NCBI GenBank assembly: GCA_031261365.1
Contig: JAISJY010000022.1
Span: forward strand, 1 to 16,796
Source: Bacillales bacterium
Lineage (GTDB): Bacteria; Bacillota_I; Bacilli_A; RFN20; JAISJY01
Length of the DNA stretch: 16,796 nucleotides
Reading direction: 5' to 3'
The translations under genes and the position numbers were made by a program. This document shows, in pieces, positions 16,114 to 16,796 of the stretch. The notes under the pieces were generated by a model. That model was given only the letters and a program-made list of their open reading frames with translations. It had not been told where the DNA came from and did not search any database. Numbering within the stretch: the stretch's first letter is position 1; the number at the start of each line of letters is the position of its first letter.

Positions 16114-16796
16114 TTATTCAGTCCTTCTAATAGAATCAACAGGGTTCTTTCTTAAAACAGAAATAATTGGTAATATGGTGGAAATGAATAAATATAAATA
16201 AGTAAAGAAAACAATAATTAAAATTGTTATTAAATCAAAACTTAATAATTGAATCTCACTTGAACCGAAGTTGCCAGCCATAAAAGCATTATTAACCAAA
16301 GAGAAAGTTCCATAAACTCCTAACCCAGCTAAGATAACAATAGGAATACCGATTAAGATAACTTCAGTTGAAAATAGATTAAATAAATCTGAATTTCTAG
16401 CACCTGTCGCTCTTAAAACACCTATTTCTTTTTTTCTAGCTTTGATACTAGAAGCGATAAAGTTTAAAGTAATTAAGAAACCAAAGATACCAAAGAAGAT
16501 AGCAATTCCTGTTAAAGCAGTTGATAAAATACTTAAAGTTTCAAAGATGGAAGCAGTATTAGAATAAAGAGAATTAATAGATACATCAATTTTAGCACTA
16601 TTGTTAGATATTCTTTGGAATAAATTATAGTTGCTTCTAACATTATTACCGATAGAAAAAGATAGATATTCAGGTTTAACTTTGAAGTTTTCTAATATGT
16701 CTGGTAATAAAAGAGGAGAAAAATAAAGACCTATATTTAGTTGAAACCATTTTCCTTTAACTACATCTTTGTTTCTGACAAACCCTTTTATTTTTA
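16114..16796 (-). CDS. FtsX-family ABC transporter permease (5'-truncated by window edge)
   Basis: Frame open from the window edge to the stop at 16114. Contains GVLRATGA FtsX motif and C-terminal TM helices ending RKNPVDSIRRTE, paralogous to the C-terminus of the downstream MacB-type protein. The ORF-track entry 16114..16299 is only a TTG-initiated fragment of this frame. Confidence 0.8.
   Translation of the reverse strand, partial: KIKGFVRNKDVVKGKWFQLNIGLYFSPLLLPDILENFKVKPEYLSFSIGNNVRSNYNLFQRISNNSAKIDVSINSLYSNTASIFETLSILSTALTGIAIFFGIFGFLITLNFIASSIKARKKEIGVLRATGARNSDLFNLFSTEVILIGIPIVILAGLGVYGTFSLVNNAFMAGNFGSSEIQLLSFDLITILIIVFFTYLYLFISTILPIISVLRKNPVDSIRRTE

Noticed and set aside
1-16796. Possibility that this AT-rich segment is from a Mollicute using TGA=Trp (translation table 4)
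   Set aside because: All long ORFs are intact under the standard code and Trp residues are encoded by TGG (e.g. HIVWEI in gyrB). There is no need to invoke TGA readthrough.

Overview
This is an AT-rich (~28% GC) chromosomal segment that uses the standard bacterial code: Trp is TGG and the long ORFs are intact without reading TGA as a sense codon. It looks like a low-GC Firmicutes-type genome near the replication origin. Gene order, left to right: yaaA (S4-domain protein), recF, gyrB, gyrA on the + strand; then a minus-strand block of GNAT acetyltransferase, an Fe-S flavodoxin-like reductase, a 3-gene cassette (two unknown ORFs and a cytosine-5 DNA methyltransferase), a flotillin (FloT-like), and an NfeD-like (YuaF-like) protein; then a + strand M18 aminopeptidase; then minus-strand queT-like transporter preceded by a preQ1-I riboswitch, a MacB-type ABC transporter, and a second, window-truncated FtsX-family permease. 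The most interesting region is 7.3-9.6 kb. An MTase-containing cassette appears to be inserted at a terminator/promoter junction and is flanked by a ~24-nt direct repeat. The two uncharacterised upstream ORFs have overlapping open frames, which points to a single ~350-aa gene split by a 1-nt frameshift. That gene would be the candidate cognate restriction or other defence partner of the MTase. Several ORF-track starts are GTG/TTG artefacts; I have moved them to downstream ATGs that have clear Shine-Dalgarno sites.
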